A stretch of 64,000 nt of DNA, taken from the NCBI RefSeq assembly GCF_055900595.2, contig NZ_CM148325.1; one strand, written 5' to 3'. Below the pieces are notes generated by a model. It worked only from the letters and a program-made list of their open reading frames with translations. It was not told the DNA's origin and made no database searches. Shown here one piece after another: positions 1-11,686 of the stretch (position 1 is the first letter of the stretch; every line of letters begins with the position of its first letter). Position numbers and translations under genes: made by a program.

Positions 1-903
1 AACTGTCTACCGTCGTATGCGCTGGCGCAGTCAGCAAAAATTGTTCGCCATCCTTTTGGCTGCAATAAACAGACTCATCGGGCAAATAAACAAACAGTTG
101 CTGAACGCCTTGCTGATGCAACGCATTCACTGCGGCATTACGATCAGCATCGCGGGTTATCGGCTGGCCCCATAAAATTTCCAGCTCCGGCAAAGTGGGT
201 TTCAGAGTGTGAATATGCGCCAGCCAGTGTTTGATTTTGCCCGCTTTGAATTCTGAAACGGTATCGACAAACACCGGGATTTCATCAGCGAGGGTAAAGA
301 CCCACTCCAGCGCCTCGGCTGTCAGGTTGCAATCAGCCAGTACCACGCCCGCATGACGAAGTAAATCGCGCGACCCGTTCAGTAGTTGCGGTGTCAACTG
401 TTCCAGCAGATGGGTATCGTTAATCGCCAGCACGGTTTGATCGTCTCGATTGGCAATTGCCAGATACGTCGATGTGCTTTGACCATGTAAACGAACGCAG
501 CCGGAGACATTCACGCCGGCGCGGCGCGTTTCTTCCAGGAGCATTTCGCCATAAAAGTCATCGCCAATCACTGAAAGCAAATGGACGTCGCGGCCTAACA
601 GCGCCAGATTGTGGGCGATATTGCGTCCAACGCCGCCTGCCGAGCAATGAATTGTACCGGGATGAGAAGCCGCTTGCGGGTAACGGATATCCGCCATCCC
701 GCGAATATCCATATTGATTGTCCCCACCACTACGCAGTATTCCTGCTCGGTGAGAATGTAACCTTTGCCTTTAATCCGACCTTTGCGCATTAAATCCATA
801 ATATGCGCTGCAACACGCGAACGGCTGATTTGCAGCATATCCGCAATTTCGTTCTGCTGAATCAGCGGGTTACGCCTTAATATTGCAAGGATCTCCTTCT
901 CCC
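1..903 (-). CDS. yeiI: Sugar kinase with N-terminal HTH (YeiI), 5' portion; gene runs off window start
   Basis: Minus-strand frame translates MNNREKEILAILRRNPLIQQNEIADMLQISRSRV... from ATG complement at 901-903; position downstream of nfo as in K-12; not in ORF track because no stop in window. Confidence 0.8.
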
Positions 904-915
904 GGTTATTCATCT

Positions 916-1773
916 TCAGGCCACCGCTTTTTCAGTTTGTTGCGCTTTCAGCCAGGCGATCTCTTCTGCCCAGATATCCGGGTTGATGGTTTCAAGGATC
1001 AGCGGAATTCCGTCGAAACGGTTGTCCTGCATGATCCAGCGGAACGCATCATGACCGATATTGCCTTCACCGAGGCTATGATGGCGGTCAACGCGGCTGC
1101 CAAAGGTGCTTTTCGCATCGTTAAGGTGCATCCCGCGCAGATACTTAAAGCCGACAATACGGGCAAAATCCGCGAACGTTTTCTCGCATTCGGCTGGAGT
1201 ACGCAAATCATACCCGGCAGCGAAAGCATGGCAGGTATCAATGCAGACGCCGACGCGGGATTTATCTTCCACGCCGTCGATAATCGCCGCGAGATGTTCG
1301 AATTTAAACCCTAAGTTGCTGCCCTGACCGGCGGTATTTTCAATCACCGCTGTCACACCTTGAGTTTTATCCAGCGCAATGTTGATGGATTCGGCAATAC
1401 GCGCAAGGCAATCCTCTTCTGAAATCTGCATCAGATGGCTGCCAGGGTGGAAGTTGAGCAAAGAAAGCCCCAGCTGTTCGCAACGCTGCATTTCATCTAT
1501 AAACGCATCGCGCGATTTTTCCAGAGCTTCAGCGACCGGATGTCCGAGGTTAATCAGATAACTGTCGTGGGGAAGAATTTGCGCCGATGTGTAGTGATAT
1601 TTTTCACAGGCGGCTTTGAATTCATTGATGGTTTGCGTCGTGAGCGGTGCGGCACGCCACTGACGTTGGTTTTTGGTGAACAAGGCAAACGCGGTTGCGT
1701 CGATTTCGGCGGCGCGAATTGCGGCATTTGCCAGACCGCCAGCAGCACTAACGTGCGCTCCAATGTATTTCAT
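916..1773 (-). CDS. nfo: Endonuclease IV
   Basis: 285 aa [24 protein letters not shown]..., length and sequence match recalled Nfo; synteny. Confidence 0.95.
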   Translation of the reverse strand: MKYIGAHVSAAGGLANAAIRAAEIDATAFALFTKNQRQWRAAPLTTQTINEFKAACEKYHYTSAQILPHDSYLINLGHPVAEALEKSRDAFIDEMQRCEQLGLSLLNFHPGSHLMQISEEDCLARIAESINIALDKTQGVTAVIENTAGQGSNLGFKFEHLAAIIDGVEDKSRVGVCIDTCHAFAAGYDLRTPAECEKTFADFARIVGFKYLRGMHLNDAKSTFGSRVDRHHSLGEGNIGHDAFRWIMQDNRFDGIPLILETINPDIWAEEIAWLKAQQTEKAVA

Positions 1774-1846
1774 GCGAGGACTCCTGTTAAACCCGCTGGA
1801 GGAAAACGGTAATGATAGCGGGTTAACAGGAGCAAGATGTAGTGGT

Positions 1847-2896
1847 TTATGCGATGACGCTTTGAATCACATAGTTAATCGCACCACCACCAACAATCAG
1901 CCAGGCAAACAGTACCAGAGCCATCAGCAGAGGTTTCGCCCCGGCTTTTTTCAGCGCGCTGACGTGAGTGGTCAGACCCAGCGCCGCCATCGCCATTGCC
2001 AGCAGGAAGGTATCCAGCGTTACCAGCATATTCACTACGCTCTGCGGTAACAGGTGGAACGAGTTAAAGATGGCAACGACGATGAACAAGATGGCAAACC
2101 ACGGAATAGTGATTTTGCTTTTCTCGCCGCTGTTCGCCCCAGACAGCTGTTTAACACGCGCCGCCAGCAGGATGAGGAACGGAGCCAGCATCATCACGCG
2201 CAGCATTTTGGAAATAACTGCTGCGTTTTCTGCATCCGGGCTGATGGCATGACCTGCCGCCACCACCTGCGCCACTTCGTGCACAGTAGAACCAATGTAG
2301 ATACCGAAAGTTTCCGGACTAAACCATTGAGACATCAGCGGATATATCGCCGGGTAGAGGAAAATCGCGACGGTACCGAAGATAACAACGGTTGCAACAG
2401 CCACGGTTACTTTACTGGCTTCCGCTTTCACTACCGGCTCAGTCGCCAGTACCGCGGCAGCACCACAGATACTGCTACCGGCACCGATCAACCAGCTGGT
2501 GTGCTTATCCAGACCAAACACTTTCTGCCCCAGGAAACAAGCCAGCAGGAAGGTACTGGACAGCGTCAGCACGTCAATGATGATCCCACTGATACCGACA
2601 TCGGCAATTTGCGAGAACGTCAGACGGAAGCCATAAAGAATGATACCCAGACGTAATAAATATTGCTTGGCAAACAGCACGCCACCGTCACAGCTTTTCC
2701 AGATGCGCGGATAGATGGTGTTGCCTAAAACCATCCCCAACAAGATTGCGAGGGTGAGGGCACTAAACCCGGCACCCGCAACCGCGGGAATGGAACCACC
2801 CCACAGGGCGACCCCGGTGATAACTGCACTCAGGGCTAACCCCGGAATAAAATGCCACAGTGTACGATGTTGTTTCTGTAAGGTGATATTCGTCAT
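1847..2896 (-). CDS. yeiH: Inner membrane protein YeiH (UPF0324 family)
   Basis: 349 aa hydrophobic ORF; divergent from LysR regulator yeiE as in K-12. Confidence 0.9.
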   Translation of the reverse strand: MTNITLQKQHRTLWHFIPGLALSAVITGVALWGGSIPAVAGAGFSALTLAILLGMVLGNTIYPRIWKSCDGGVLFAKQYLLRLGIILYGFRLTFSQIADVGISGIIIDVLTLSSTFLLACFLGQKVFGLDKHTSWLIGAGSSICGAAAVLATEPVVKAEASKVTVAVATVVIFGTVAIFLYPAIYPLMSQWFSPETFGIYIGSTVHEVAQVVAAGHAISPDAENAAVISKMLRVMMLAPFLILLAARVKQLSGANSGEKSKITIPWFAILFIVVAIFNSFHLLPQSVVNMLVTLDTFLLAMAMAALGLTTHVSALKKAGAKPLLMALVLFAWLIVGGGAINYVIQSVIA

Positions 2897-2949
2897 AACC
2901 CTCTCCTTTAACCGGGCATAAGGTTACGACTAACTGGTTTAAAAATAAA

Positions 2950-2973
2950 ATTGATTATATATTTATAATCAAT
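2950..2973. promoter_or_regulatory. Perfect 10-4-10 inverted repeat ATTGATTATA-TATT-TATAATCAAT in yeiH/yeiE divergent promoter (LysR-type T-N11-A-like site)
   Basis: Read directly in sequence; sits between divergent yeiH and LysR-family yeiE start codons. Confidence 0.55.
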
Positions 2974-2994
2974 CTTTATAAGTGGTAAGCGACT

Positions 2995-3876
2995 ATGCAC
3001 ATCACCCTCCGGCAGTTGGAAGTTTTTGCAGAAGTATTGAAAAGTGGATCAACCACCCAGGCGTCGGTGATGCTGGCGTTGTCGCAATCAGCAGTGAGCG
3101 CAGCCTTGACTGACCTGGAAGGGCAGCTTGGCGTGCAACTGTTTGATCGCGTGGGGAAAAGACTGGTTGTTAATGAACACGGGCGGCTGCTCTATCCGCG
3201 TGCGTTGGCACTGCTTGAACAGGCGATTGAAATCGAACAACTGTTTCGCGAAGACAACGGCGCGATTCGTATCTATGCCAGTAGTACTATCGGTAACTAC
3301 ATTCTGCCTGCAGTCATTGCCCGTTATCGCCATGATTATCCGCAGTTGCCGATTGAACTTAGCGTTGGGAACAGCCAGGACGTGATGCAAGCGGTGCTGG
3401 ATTTCCGCGTTGATATTGGCTTTATTGAAGGACCGTGCCACAGCACTGAAATCATCTCTGAACCGTGGCTGGAAGACGAGCTGGTGGTTTTCGCCGCGCC
3501 GACTTCGCCGTTGGCTCGTGGTCCGGTCACCTTAGAGCAGCTGGCTGCCGCGCCGTGGATCCTGCGTGAACGCGGTTCCGGCACGCGGGAGATTGTCGAT
3601 TATCTGTTGCTGTCACATTTACCGAAGTTTGAGATGGCAATGGAATTAGGTAACTCCGAGGCAATCAAACATGCGGTGCGTCATGGATTGGGAATTAGTT
3701 GCCTGTCGCGACGGGTCATTGAAGATCAATTGCAGGCAGGCACATTAAGTGAAGTTGCGGTCCCTCTGCCGCGCCTGATGCGTACGTTGTGGCGTATACA
3801 TCATCGGCAAAAACACCTTTCCAACGCGCTACGGCGCTTTCTGGACTATTGCGATCCCGCGAATGTACCGCGTTAA
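2995..3876 (+). CDS. yeiE: LysR-family transcriptional regulator YeiE
   Basis: 293 aa ORF with N-terminal HTH ([38 protein letters not shown]). Confidence 0.92.
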   Translation: MHITLRQLEVFAEVLKSGSTTQASVMLALSQSAVSAALTDLEGQLGVQLFDRVGKRLVVNEHGRLLYPRALALLEQAIEIEQLFREDNGAIRIYASSTIGNYILPAVIARYRHDYPQLPIELSVGNSQDVMQAVLDFRVDIGFIEGPCHSTEIISEPWLEDELVVFAAPTSPLARGPVTLEQLAAAPWILRERGSGTREIVDYLLLSHLPKFEMAMELGNSEAIKHAVRHGLGISCLSRRVIEDQLQAGTLSEVAVPLPRLMRTLWRIHHRQKHLSNALRRFLDYCDPANVPR

Positions 3877-4080
3877 GTTGCTGTACAAGAACATGCTGGT
3901 GCTGTGTCGATTTCGTGACGCAGCGCCCGCAGCATGCATTCGCCAGAAAAGAGATTGGCTGCTTTACTTATAATCCCGGGGCGATCATGAAGGTGTCTTA
4001 TAACCGTGTATTTCTGCCGGAAGGATTGCCAATCGTCTGCTACAATCGCGCCTCATTTTTAAGATGGATAGCATTTTTGT

Positions 4081-5550
4081 ATGGTTTCCGAAACTAAAAC
4101 CACAGAAGCGCCGGGCTTACGCCGTGAATTAAAGGCGCGTCACCTGACGATGATTGCCATTGGCGGTTCCATCGGTACAGGTCTTTTTGTTGCCTCTGGC
4201 GCAACGATTTCTCAGGCAGGTCCGGGCGGGGCATTGCTCTCGTATATGTTGATTGGCCTGATGGTTTACTTCCTGATGACCAGTCTCGGTGAACTGGCCG
4301 CATATATGCCGGTTTCCGGTTCGTTTGCCACTTACGGTCAGAACTATGTTGAAGAAGGCTTTGGCTTCGCGCTGGGCTGGAACTACTGGTACAACTGGGC
4401 GGTGACTATCGCCGTTGACCTGGTTGCTGCGCAGCTGGTTATGAGCTGGTGGTTCCCGGATACACCCGGTTGGATCTGGAGTGCGCTGTTCCTCGGCGTT
4501 ATCTTCCTGCTGAACTACATTTCGGTCCGTGGCTTTGGTGAAGCAGAATACTGGTTCTCACTGATCAAGGTTACGACGGTTATTGTCTTTATTGTTGTCG
4601 GCGTGCTGATGATTATCGGTATCTTCAAAGGCGCACAGCCTGCGGGCTGGAGCAACTGGACAATCGGCGAAGCACCGTTTGCTGGTGGTTTTGCGGCGAT
4701 GATCGGCGTAGCTATGATTGTCGGCTTCTCTTTCCAGGGAACCGAGCTGATCGGTATTGCTGCAGGCGAGTCCGAAGATCCGGCGAAAAACATTCCACGC
4801 GCGGTACGTCAGGTGTTCTGGCGAATCCTGTTGTTCTATGTGTTCGCGATCCTGATCATCAGCCTGATTATTCCGTACACCGATCCGAGCCTACTGCGTA
4901 ATGATGTGAAAGACATCAGCGTCAGTCCGTTCACCCTGGTATTCCAACACGCGGGTCTGCTCTCTGCGGCGGCGGTGATGAACGCTGTTATTCTGACGGC
5001 GGTGCTGTCAGCGGGTAACTCCGGTATGTATGCGTCTACTCGTATGTTGTACACCCTGGCGTGTGACGGTAAAGCGCCGCGCATTTTCGCTAAATTGTCG
5101 CGTGGTGGCGTGCCGCGTAACGCGCTGTATGCGACGACGGTGATTGCCGGTCTGTGCTTCCTGACCTCGATGTTTGGTAACCAGACGGTATACCTGTGGT
5201 TGCTGAACACCTCTGGTATGACAGGCTTTATTGCCTGGCTGGGGATTGCGATTAGCCACTACCGCTTCCGTCGCGGTTACGTATTGCAGGGACACGACAT
5301 TAACGATCTGCCGTACCGTTCAGGCTTCTTCCCACTGGGGCCGATCTTCGCATTCATTCTGTGTCTGATTATTACTTTGGGCCAGAACTACGAAGCGTTC
5401 CTGAAAGACACCATTGACTGGGGCGGCGTAGCGGCAACATATATTGGTATCCCGCTGTTCCTGATTATCTGGTTCGGATACAAGCTGATTAAAGGAACTC
5501 ACTTCGTACGCTACAGCGAAATGAAGTTCCCGCAGAACGATAAGAAATAA
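4081..5550 (+). CDS. lysP: Lysine-specific permease (APC family)
   Basis: 489 aa ORF MVSETKTTEAPGLRRELKARHLTMIAIGGSIGTGLF...; length and sequence as recalled for LysP. Confidence 0.95.
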   Translation: MVSETKTTEAPGLRRELKARHLTMIAIGGSIGTGLFVASGATISQAGPGGALLSYMLIGLMVYFLMTSLGELAAYMPVSGSFATYGQNYVEEGFGFALGWNYWYNWAVTIAVDLVAAQLVMSWWFPDTPGWIWSALFLGVIFLLNYISVRGFGEAEYWFSLIKVTTVIVFIVVGVLMIIGIFKGAQPAGWSNWTIGEAPFAGGFAAMIGVAMIVGFSFQGTELIGIAAGESEDPAKNIPRAVRQVFWRILLFYVFAILIISLIIPYTDPSLLRNDVKDISVSPFTLVFQHAGLLSAAAVMNAVILTAVLSAGNSGMYASTRMLYTLACDGKAPRIFAKLSRGGVPRNALYATTVIAGLCFLTSMFGNQTVYLWLLNTSGMTGFIAWLGIAISHYRFRRGYVLQGHDINDLPYRSGFFPLGPIFAFILCLIITLGQNYEAFLKDTIDWGGVAATYIGIPLFLIIWFGYKLIKGTHFVRYSEMKFPQNDKK

Positions 5551-5571
5551 GTTTCCTCCCTTCTTTGCTAA

Positions 5572-5597
5572 GCCCTCTCAACCGAGAGGGCTTTTTT
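5572..5597 (+). terminator. Rho-independent terminator after lysP
   Basis: GCCCTCTC-AACC-GAGAGGGC hairpin followed by TTTTTT. Confidence 0.8.
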
Positions 5598-5648
5598 AAT
5601 TCTATTTCACTGACAAATCATGCGGATATAAATTTTAACATTTGGATT

Positions 5649-5674
5649 GATAATTGTTATCGTTTGCATTATCG
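5649..5674. promoter_or_regulatory. Fur-box-like sequence in cirA promoter region
   Basis: GATAATTGTTATCGTTTGCATTATCG resembles the GATAATGATAATCATTATC consensus; cirA is a classic Fur-repressed gene. Confidence 0.6.
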
Positions 5675-5842
5675 TTACGCCGAAATCAAAAAAGGCTGAC
5701 AAATCAGGGGCTGTTCCGGCTTTCTGGGATGATCACCTGCATACAAATAAGTCCACCGCGATGCTGCCGTACGCAAGGGGACGTGAAGAAGATGTGAGCG
5801 ATAACCCATTTTATTTTCGTAGTTACCTCATGGAGATATGGA

Positions 5843-7822
5843 ATGTTTAGGTTTAACCCCTTCGTACGGGTCGGGCTGTGTTTGTCCGCTATTTCTTGTG
5901 CATGGCCTGTGTTAGCGGTCGATGATGATGGCGAAACGATGGTTGTCACTGCATCTTCCGTTGAGCAAAACCTTAAAGATGCACCCGCCAGTATCAGCGT
6001 CATTACCCAGGAAGACCTGCAGCGAAAACCGGTACAGAATCTGAAGGATGTCCTCAAAGAAGTGCCTGGCGTACAACTGACGAACGAAGGGGATAACCGT
6101 AAGGGCGTTAGTATTCGTGGTCTTGACAGCAGCTACACCCTGATTCTCGTCGACGGTAAACGCGTTAACTCCCGCAATGCCGTCTTCCGCCACAATGATT
6201 TCGATCTGAACTGGATCCCGGTCGATTCCATCGAACGTATTGAAGTGGTCCGTGGCCCGATGTCGTCGCTGTACGGTTCCGATGCGCTCGGCGGTGTCGT
6301 GAATATCATCACCAAAAAAATCGGTCAGAAATGGTCGGGTACCGTTACTGTCGATACCACCATTCAGGAACATCGCGATCGCGGTGATACCTATAACGGT
6401 CAGTTCTTTACCAGCGGACCATTAATTGACGGCGTGCTGGGAATGAAAGCTTACGGCAGCCTGGCAAAACGTGAAAAGGATGACCCACAAAACTCAACGA
6501 CCACCGATACCGGAGAAACGCCGCGTATTGACGGATTCTCCAGCCGCGACGGCAATGTGGAATTTGCCTGGACACCGAATCAAAATCACGATTTTACTGC
6601 CGGATACGGTTTTGACCGTCAGGATCGTGATTCCGACTCGCTGGACAAAAACCGCCTGGAACGTCAGAACTACTCCGTCAGCCATAATGGGCGTTGGGAT
6701 TACGGCACCAGCGAACTGAAATACTACGGTGAGAAAGTCGAAAACAAAAATCCTGGCAACAGCAGCCCGATTACTTCCGAAAGCAATACGGTCGATGGTA
6801 AATACACGTTGCCACTGACGGCGATTAATCAGTTTGTTACGGTTGGCGGTGAATGGCGTCACGACAAACTTAGCGATGCAGTAAACCTGACCGGAGGAAC
6901 AAGCTCCAAAACGTCTGCCAGCCAGTACGCGCTGTTTGTGGAAGATGAATGGCGGATCTTCGAGCCGCTGGCGCTGACGACCGGCGTGCGTATGGACGAT
7001 CACGAAACCTACGGTGAACACTGGAGTCCTCGTGCCTACCTGGTTTACAACGCCACCGACACCGTAACGGTGAAAGGGGGCTGGGCAACGGCATTTAAAG
7101 CGCCTTCTCTGTTGCAACTTAGCCCTGACTGGACGAGCAATTCCTGCCGTGGCGCATGCAAGATTGTGGGTAGCCCGGATCTGAAACCTGAAACCAGCGA
7201 AAGTTGGGAGCTGGGGCTTTACTACATGGGTGAAGAAGGCTGGCTGGAAGGGGTTGAATCCAGCGTGACCGTTTTCCGCAACGATGTAAAAGATCGTATC
7301 AGCATCAGCCGTACGTCTGACGTCAATGCTGCTCCGGGCTACCAAAACTTTGTCGGTTTTACAGCGGACGGTGTGCCAGTATTCAGCTACTACAACGTTA
7401 ACAAAGCACGTATTCAGGGCGTGGAAACCGAACTGAAAATTCCGTTCAACGATGAATGGAAACTGTCGATCAACTACACCTACAACGATGGTCGTGATGT
7501 CAGCAACGGCGAAAACAAACCGTTGTCCGATCTGCCGTTCCATACTGCTAACGGTACGCTGGACTGGAAACCGCTGGCGCTGGAAGACTGGTCATTCTAT
7601 GTTTCCGGACACTATACCGGGCAGAAACGCGCCGACAGCGCGACGGCTAAAACTCCGGGCGGTTATACCATCTGGAATACCGGCGCGGCCTGGCAGGTGA
7701 CCAAAGACGTCAAACTGCGTGCGGGCGTGCTGAACCTTGGCGACAAGGATCTCAGTCGTGACGACTACAGCTATAACGAAGACGGACGTCGTTACTTTAT
7801 GGCAGTGGATTATCGCTTCTGA
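5843..7822 (+). CDS. cirA: TonB-dependent catecholate siderophore / colicin IA-IB receptor CirA
   Basis: 659 aa ORF with signal peptide [25 protein letters not shown], TonB-box region, C-terminal ...AVDYRF. Confidence 0.95.
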   Translation: MFRFNPFVRVGLCLSAISCAWPVLAVDDDGETMVVTASSVEQNLKDAPASISVITQEDLQRKPVQNLKDVLKEVPGVQLTNEGDNRKGVSIRGLDSSYTLILVDGKRVNSRNAVFRHNDFDLNWIPVDSIERIEVVRGPMSSLYGSDALGGVVNIITKKIGQKWSGTVTVDTTIQEHRDRGDTYNGQFFTSGPLIDGVLGMKAYGSLAKREKDDPQNSTTTDTGETPRIDGFSSRDGNVEFAWTPNQNHDFTAGYGFDRQDRDSDSLDKNRLERQNYSVSHNGRWDYGTSELKYYGEKVENKNPGNSSPITSESNTVDGKYTLPLTAINQFVTVGGEWRHDKLSDAVNLTGGTSSKTSASQYALFVEDEWRIFEPLALTTGVRMDDHETYGEHWSPRAYLVYNATDTVTVKGGWATAFKAPSLLQLSPDWTSNSCRGACKIVGSPDLKPETSESWELGLYYMGEEGWLEGVESSVTVFRNDVKDRISISRTSDVNAAPGYQNFVGFTADGVPVFSYYNVNKARIQGVETELKIPFNDEWKLSINYTYNDGRDVSNGENKPLSDLPFHTANGTLDWKPLALEDWSFYVSGHYTGQKRADSATAKTPGGYTIWNTGAAWQVTKDVKLRAGVLNLGDKDLSRDDYSYNEDGRRYFMAVDYRF

Positions 7823-7832
7823 TGCGAAGATG

Positions 7833-7854
7833 CCCGGCGTCGATCCCGCCGGGC
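7833..7854. terminator. GC-rich hairpin after cirA (possible bidirectional terminator)
   Basis: GCCCGGCG-N6-CGCCGGGC, 8 bp stem; no strong T-run. Confidence 0.5.
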
Positions 7855-7880
7855 ATAATCCCAGAAATTCGCTTCTGGCT

Positions 7881-9203
7881 TTATAACCGATGAAATTTTG
7901 CCAGTAAGGCCAGTGAAAATGTTGTCAGCAAAATGGTAATGACTGCGTAAATATACACTCCTGACCATTCCCAACTGTTTTTCACCATAATAACTGGAAG
8001 CCCTGCCATTGCCGCGCCTAAATAACTAAACAAGCCCCTGAATCCAGTAATGGAACCTGCCGCATCTTTATGCGTAACATCAAGACACCCGACAGCGAAT
8101 AACATATGCGGTCCATACAATGCAAACCCCATGATTGTAAACAGAATAGCCGTTAATGTGTAGGAGACGTCCTGCACCAGCGGTACGAGAACGATGCAAA
8201 TACATAAAGCGATGGCAAAGATTAATCCTGTCATCCAGCGGTTACTTTTAAACATGAAATCGGACAAGTACCCCGCCAGTAATCCCCCAGCAAGTCCACC
8301 TGCTTCAAACCAGGATATAATGGAGTTCGCTTTAATCAGGCTCCAGTTATGAACCTGAGAATAATAAATTTGTGGCCAGTCATTGAGGATGGTGCGTGCA
8401 ATATAGACCGACATATCCCCGAGGATAATGAGCCAAACTAATGGGTTGGTAAGAATATATTTAACGAATATTTGCCAAAAACTGAGATCAACCGGACTTG
8501 CTTTAACTTGTGCAAGTTCTGTCGGGTCGTTGCGCCACTTACCGACGTTAGGCAAACCGAGCGTGCTGGGACGATCTTTTATCGTAAATAAGGCAACAAT
8601 CCCCATAATCAGTGAGATTACACCCGGAACATAAAAGCCCATCTTCCAGCTGCCACTAAAAGCAATAGCAAAGCTTGTCAGGAGAGGCGCAAGACTACCG
8701 CCAATATTATGCGCAGCTTCAACAACTGCCCACCAGCGTCCGCGTTCATTTTTCGAGAACCACGAGGCCATAATTTTTGCCATTGGCGGAAAACTGGTAC
8801 CCTGGAGAATAGCATTAAGGCTATACAGGATATAGAACGCAGCAACGCTGTCTGAAAAACCGAAAAGAATGTTAACAATACCGACGCCAATAAGTACGGG
8901 GCCAGTCATCGCTCGTGGGTTAATTTTATCGACTAACATGCCACCTACAAACTTCATGGAGCCATAAAGAATGTAAAAGACCGACGACATGATAGCGAAA
9001 TCTTGTGCGGTTAATGACGTATCCGTTAACATCGCTGGCATGGCCGCAGAGAAATTCTTGCGGGTTAAGTAAAATACGGCATAAGAGATAAATACAGAGG
9101 TGATGATTTCAATGCGAAATTTTTTATAAGTATGATCAACTTCTTCTTTTGGTTTGACCACCGGTTGGTCGGCCTGGCTGAAAATAAATTTTTTCAAACT
9201 CAT
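7881..9203 (-). CDS. MFS transporter of the organophosphate:Pi antiporter family (GlpT/UhpT/PgtP-like)
   Basis: 440 aa; N-terminal DHTYKKFRIEIITSVFISYAVFYLTRKNFSAAMP and WFSKNERGRWWAVVEAAHNIGGSLAPLL align by eye with the recalled GlpT sequence; not part of K-12 cirA-yeiG interval. Confidence 0.75.
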   Translation of the reverse strand: MSLKKFIFSQADQPVVKPKEEVDHTYKKFRIEIITSVFISYAVFYLTRKNFSAAMPAMLTDTSLTAQDFAIMSSVFYILYGSMKFVGGMLVDKINPRAMTGPVLIGVGIVNILFGFSDSVAAFYILYSLNAILQGTSFPPMAKIMASWFSKNERGRWWAVVEAAHNIGGSLAPLLTSFAIAFSGSWKMGFYVPGVISLIMGIVALFTIKDRPSTLGLPNVGKWRNDPTELAQVKASPVDLSFWQIFVKYILTNPLVWLIILGDMSVYIARTILNDWPQIYYSQVHNWSLIKANSIISWFEAGGLAGGLLAGYLSDFMFKSNRWMTGLIFAIALCICIVLVPLVQDVSYTLTAILFTIMGFALYGPHMLFAVGCLDVTHKDAAGSITGFRGLFSYLGAAMAGLPVIMVKNSWEWSGVYIYAVITILLTTFSLALLAKFHRL

Positions 9204-9235
9204 TGTGAGTTTCCTTTTCTGTGAACCTTATGGCG

Positions 9236-10123
9236 CTATAATTTTTCTTCTATAAAAAAGAGAAGCGACTCGAAACCATTAAAATTAATCTGGTCAGCAA
9301 TTTTTTCCCGGGTTTTAGGTTTTGCTTTCCATGCCACGCCATTTCCGGCATGCAAAAGCATAGGAATATCATTGGCACCATCTCCACAGGCAATGATGTT
9401 TTCACGGCAGATAGCTAACTCTGTCGCTAAATTTATCAGGGTTTGCTTTTTCTTTTCTGCATTCATAATAGGTAAGGTAATTGTATCAGTTAACAGATCT
9501 TCCTTAATGCGCACAGAGTTAGAAAATGCAAAATCAAGTTGATATTTTTCCTTCAATCGCTCAGTAAAAATATCCAAACCTCCAGATATAATTGCCGTCT
9601 TGAATCCTTTTTCTTTTAGTATGGGAAGAATAGTTTCAAGACCTGGTGAAAGAGTCATCTGTTCACAAACTTGATGCAATATATCTTTATGCGTTCCTTT
9701 AAGCATGGCAATTCGCCGGGTAAAACTGGTATCAAAATCGATTTTCCCTTCCATCGCTTCACGGGTCAGTGCGGTGATTTTTTCAGAGATGCCGAGTCTA
9801 CGGGCTATTTCATCGACACCTTCTTCTTCAACAAAGGTGGAATCCATATCAAAGGCAATAATTCCCTGATCCGGTAAGACCCTGGGTTTACGGAAAAAAT
9901 CAAACTGATGATTATCAGCACGGTGACGTAAACCAGCATAAAAAGCAGGGTTGGTAACATCATTTGGTAATACTAGCTTTAGATACTCTCTATTTATTTG
10001 CCTACTGTAATTCGTTGTTAGCGAAAACACCGAGGGGGAAATCTTTAAATGTTGCAGATAATCTTTCAGACATTTTTGGGTGATGTCGATGCCTGTTGGC
10101 GACAAGAAATAAATAATCGTCAT
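9236..10123 (-). CDS. HAD-superfamily phosphatase, SerB-like (phosphoserine phosphatase family)
   Basis: 295 aa; HAD motifs FDMDSTF (DxDST), ISGG, GDGANDIPML in SerB-like order; upstream of and likely co-transcribed with the transporter. Confidence 0.75.
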   Translation of the reverse strand: MTIIYFLSPTGIDITQKCLKDYLQHLKISPSVFSLTTNYSRQINREYLKLVLPNDVTNPAFYAGLRHRADNHQFDFFRKPRVLPDQGIIAFDMDSTFVEEEGVDEIARRLGISEKITALTREAMEGKIDFDTSFTRRIAMLKGTHKDILHQVCEQMTLSPGLETILPILKEKGFKTAIISGGLDIFTERLKEKYQLDFAFSNSVRIKEDLLTDTITLPIMNAEKKKQTLINLATELAICRENIIACGDGANDIPMLLHAGNGVAWKAKPKTREKIADQINFNGFESLLFFIEEKL

Positions 10124-10222
10124 TTACCGCTCCTTTTTATCTGCAATGATTATAATAAGATTTCGTAGAAGCTGATGTATCTGACAATCACAGTTGTGAA
10201 TGTTAAATAAAAGATAAAAAAG

Positions 10223-10276
10223 TACTTTTTTGATACTTTGAAATAATAAGATACTAAAAGTACCATTTTTGATATC
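10223..10276. promoter_or_regulatory. Two direct repeats GTAC(N1-2)TTTTTGATA(C/T) in divergent promoter of the islet (candidate operator)
   Basis: GTACTTTTTTGATAC at 10223-10237 and GTACCATTTTTGATATC at 10260-10276; AT-rich 209 bp intergenic region. Confidence 0.4.
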
Positions 10277-10332
10277 TTTACCAGGATATAAAGAATAACT
10301 ATTTTTCAACGTTGAAGGAATCATTTACAAAT

Positions 10333-11685
10333 ATGGAAAGCTGCATAGATATATTCAAGATAGTTATTGGTCCATCCAGTTCCCGCACAGTCGGGCCAAT
10401 GCGTGCGGCTTATAATTTTGTGTCACAATTGAAACAGCAAGAAATGTTACCTTTGTTGCGGAAAATTGATGTCGAACTTTATGGTGCGCTGTCATTAAGC
10501 CGCAAGTGCCATAATGTTGATGTGGCGATTTATCTCGGTTTGCAAGGACACTTACCTGACAGCGTTGACATTCGCATGGAAATGTCCGCCATCAGGCGTG
10601 CAGAAACTGAGGCGACGCTGGAAGTTATGCCTGGTGTCAACGTCAGTGTATCCATTCTTTCTAATCTACAAGCGCATCCGGGGCACCCTTATGCGATGAC
10701 ATTTCGTGCCAGAGATGACTGGTTTACACTTTATGAAGAAACCTGGTTTTCTATCGGCGACGGTCAAGTGCTAAAAGCAGGAGAGGCGATTATTCCTCCA
10801 TCAGTCACTCCACATCCTTTTGAATTCCAGAACGCAAACGAATTATTAAAACTTTGTCAGCAAAACGGATTATCTGTCGCGGCATTAATGATGAAAAACG
10901 AACTGCACTGCCAGACAGCAGCTTTTTTGCATGACGATCTTCATAAAAAATGGGAAGTAATGAAGGAGGCGGTTTATCGCGGGATGCATACAGAAGGATT
11001 ACTTCCAGGTCCGTTTCAGGTTAACCGTCGTGCCTGTGCTTTATATAAATCGTTGCAGTCAAAGGGGTTTTCCAATGACTTCCTGACTACGCTCAATTGG
11101 GTCAATACTTTTGCCATTGCGGTGAGCGAAGAAAATGCTGCGGGTGGACGTGTCGTGACAGCACCCACCAACGGCGCGAGCGGTATTATCCCGGCTGTAC
11201 TGTGCTGGTATGATAAATTCATTCACGAGCTTGATACATACTCCGTTACCCGCTTTTTACTGACCGCTGGTGCCATCGCCATTCTGTTCAAAAAAAATGC
11301 CTCTATTCTGGGTTCTGAAGTTGGATGTCAGGGGGAAATAGGTGTTGCCAGTTCAATGGCGGCAGCAGGATTAGCAGAACTTATGGGCGGGTCAGTGGCT
11401 CAGGTACTTAGCGCGGCAGAAATTGCGATGGAGCATCATTTAGGTTTGACCTGTGATCCAGTTGGCGGGCAGGTACAAATTCCTTGTATTGAACGAAATG
11501 CTATTTCAGCTGTGAAAGCTATCAACGCAACGACGATGGCGTTGAGTCGCATAAGCGAGCCGTGCATTACGCTGGATGAGATAATTTCCGCGATGTATGA
11601 AACCGGAAAGGATATGAGCGCTAAATACCGTGAAACTTATCATGGCTGTCTGAGCAAATTGCAGCCAAGAAAAAAGGATGCGTAA
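10333..11685 (+). CDS. L-serine dehydratase-like protein (single-chain Fe-S type, SdaA/SdaB/TdcG family)
   Basis: ORF track begins at TTG 10312; ATG at 10333 gives [23 protein letters not shown] matching recalled SdaA N-terminus [23 protein letters not shown]; about 450 aa. Confidence 0.8.
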   Translation: MESCIDIFKIVIGPSSSRTVGPMRAAYNFVSQLKQQEMLPLLRKIDVELYGALSLSRKCHNVDVAIYLGLQGHLPDSVDIRMEMSAIRRAETEATLEVMPGVNVSVSILSNLQAHPGHPYAMTFRARDDWFTLYEETWFSIGDGQVLKAGEAIIPPSVTPHPFEFQNANELLKLCQQNGLSVAALMMKNELHCQTAAFLHDDLHKKWEVMKEAVYRGMHTEGLLPGPFQVNRRACALYKSLQSKGFSNDFLTTLNWVNTFAIAVSEENAAGGRVVTAPTNGASGIIPAVLCWYDKFIHELDTYSVTRFLLTAGAIAILFKKNASILGSEVGCQGEIGVASSMAAAGLAELMGGSVAQVLSAAEIAMEHHLGLTCDPVGGQVQIPCIERNAISAVKAINATTMALSRISEPCITLDEIISAMYETGKDMSAKYRETYHGCLSKLQPRKKDA

Positions 11686-11686
11686 G

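Noticed and set aside
457-793. Plus-strand ORFs of 86 aa and 60 aa
   Set aside because: Antisense to or overlapping the yeiI coding region read on the minus strand.
6494-7543. 349 aa minus-strand ORF
   Set aside because: Antisense to cirA; low-complexity Arg/Val-rich translation with no recognisable family.
10312-10332. TTG start for the serine dehydratase-like gene as given in the ORF track
   Set aside because: The ATG at 10333 gives an N-terminus matching SdaA and has GAAGGA upstream; the TTG extension is unnecessary.
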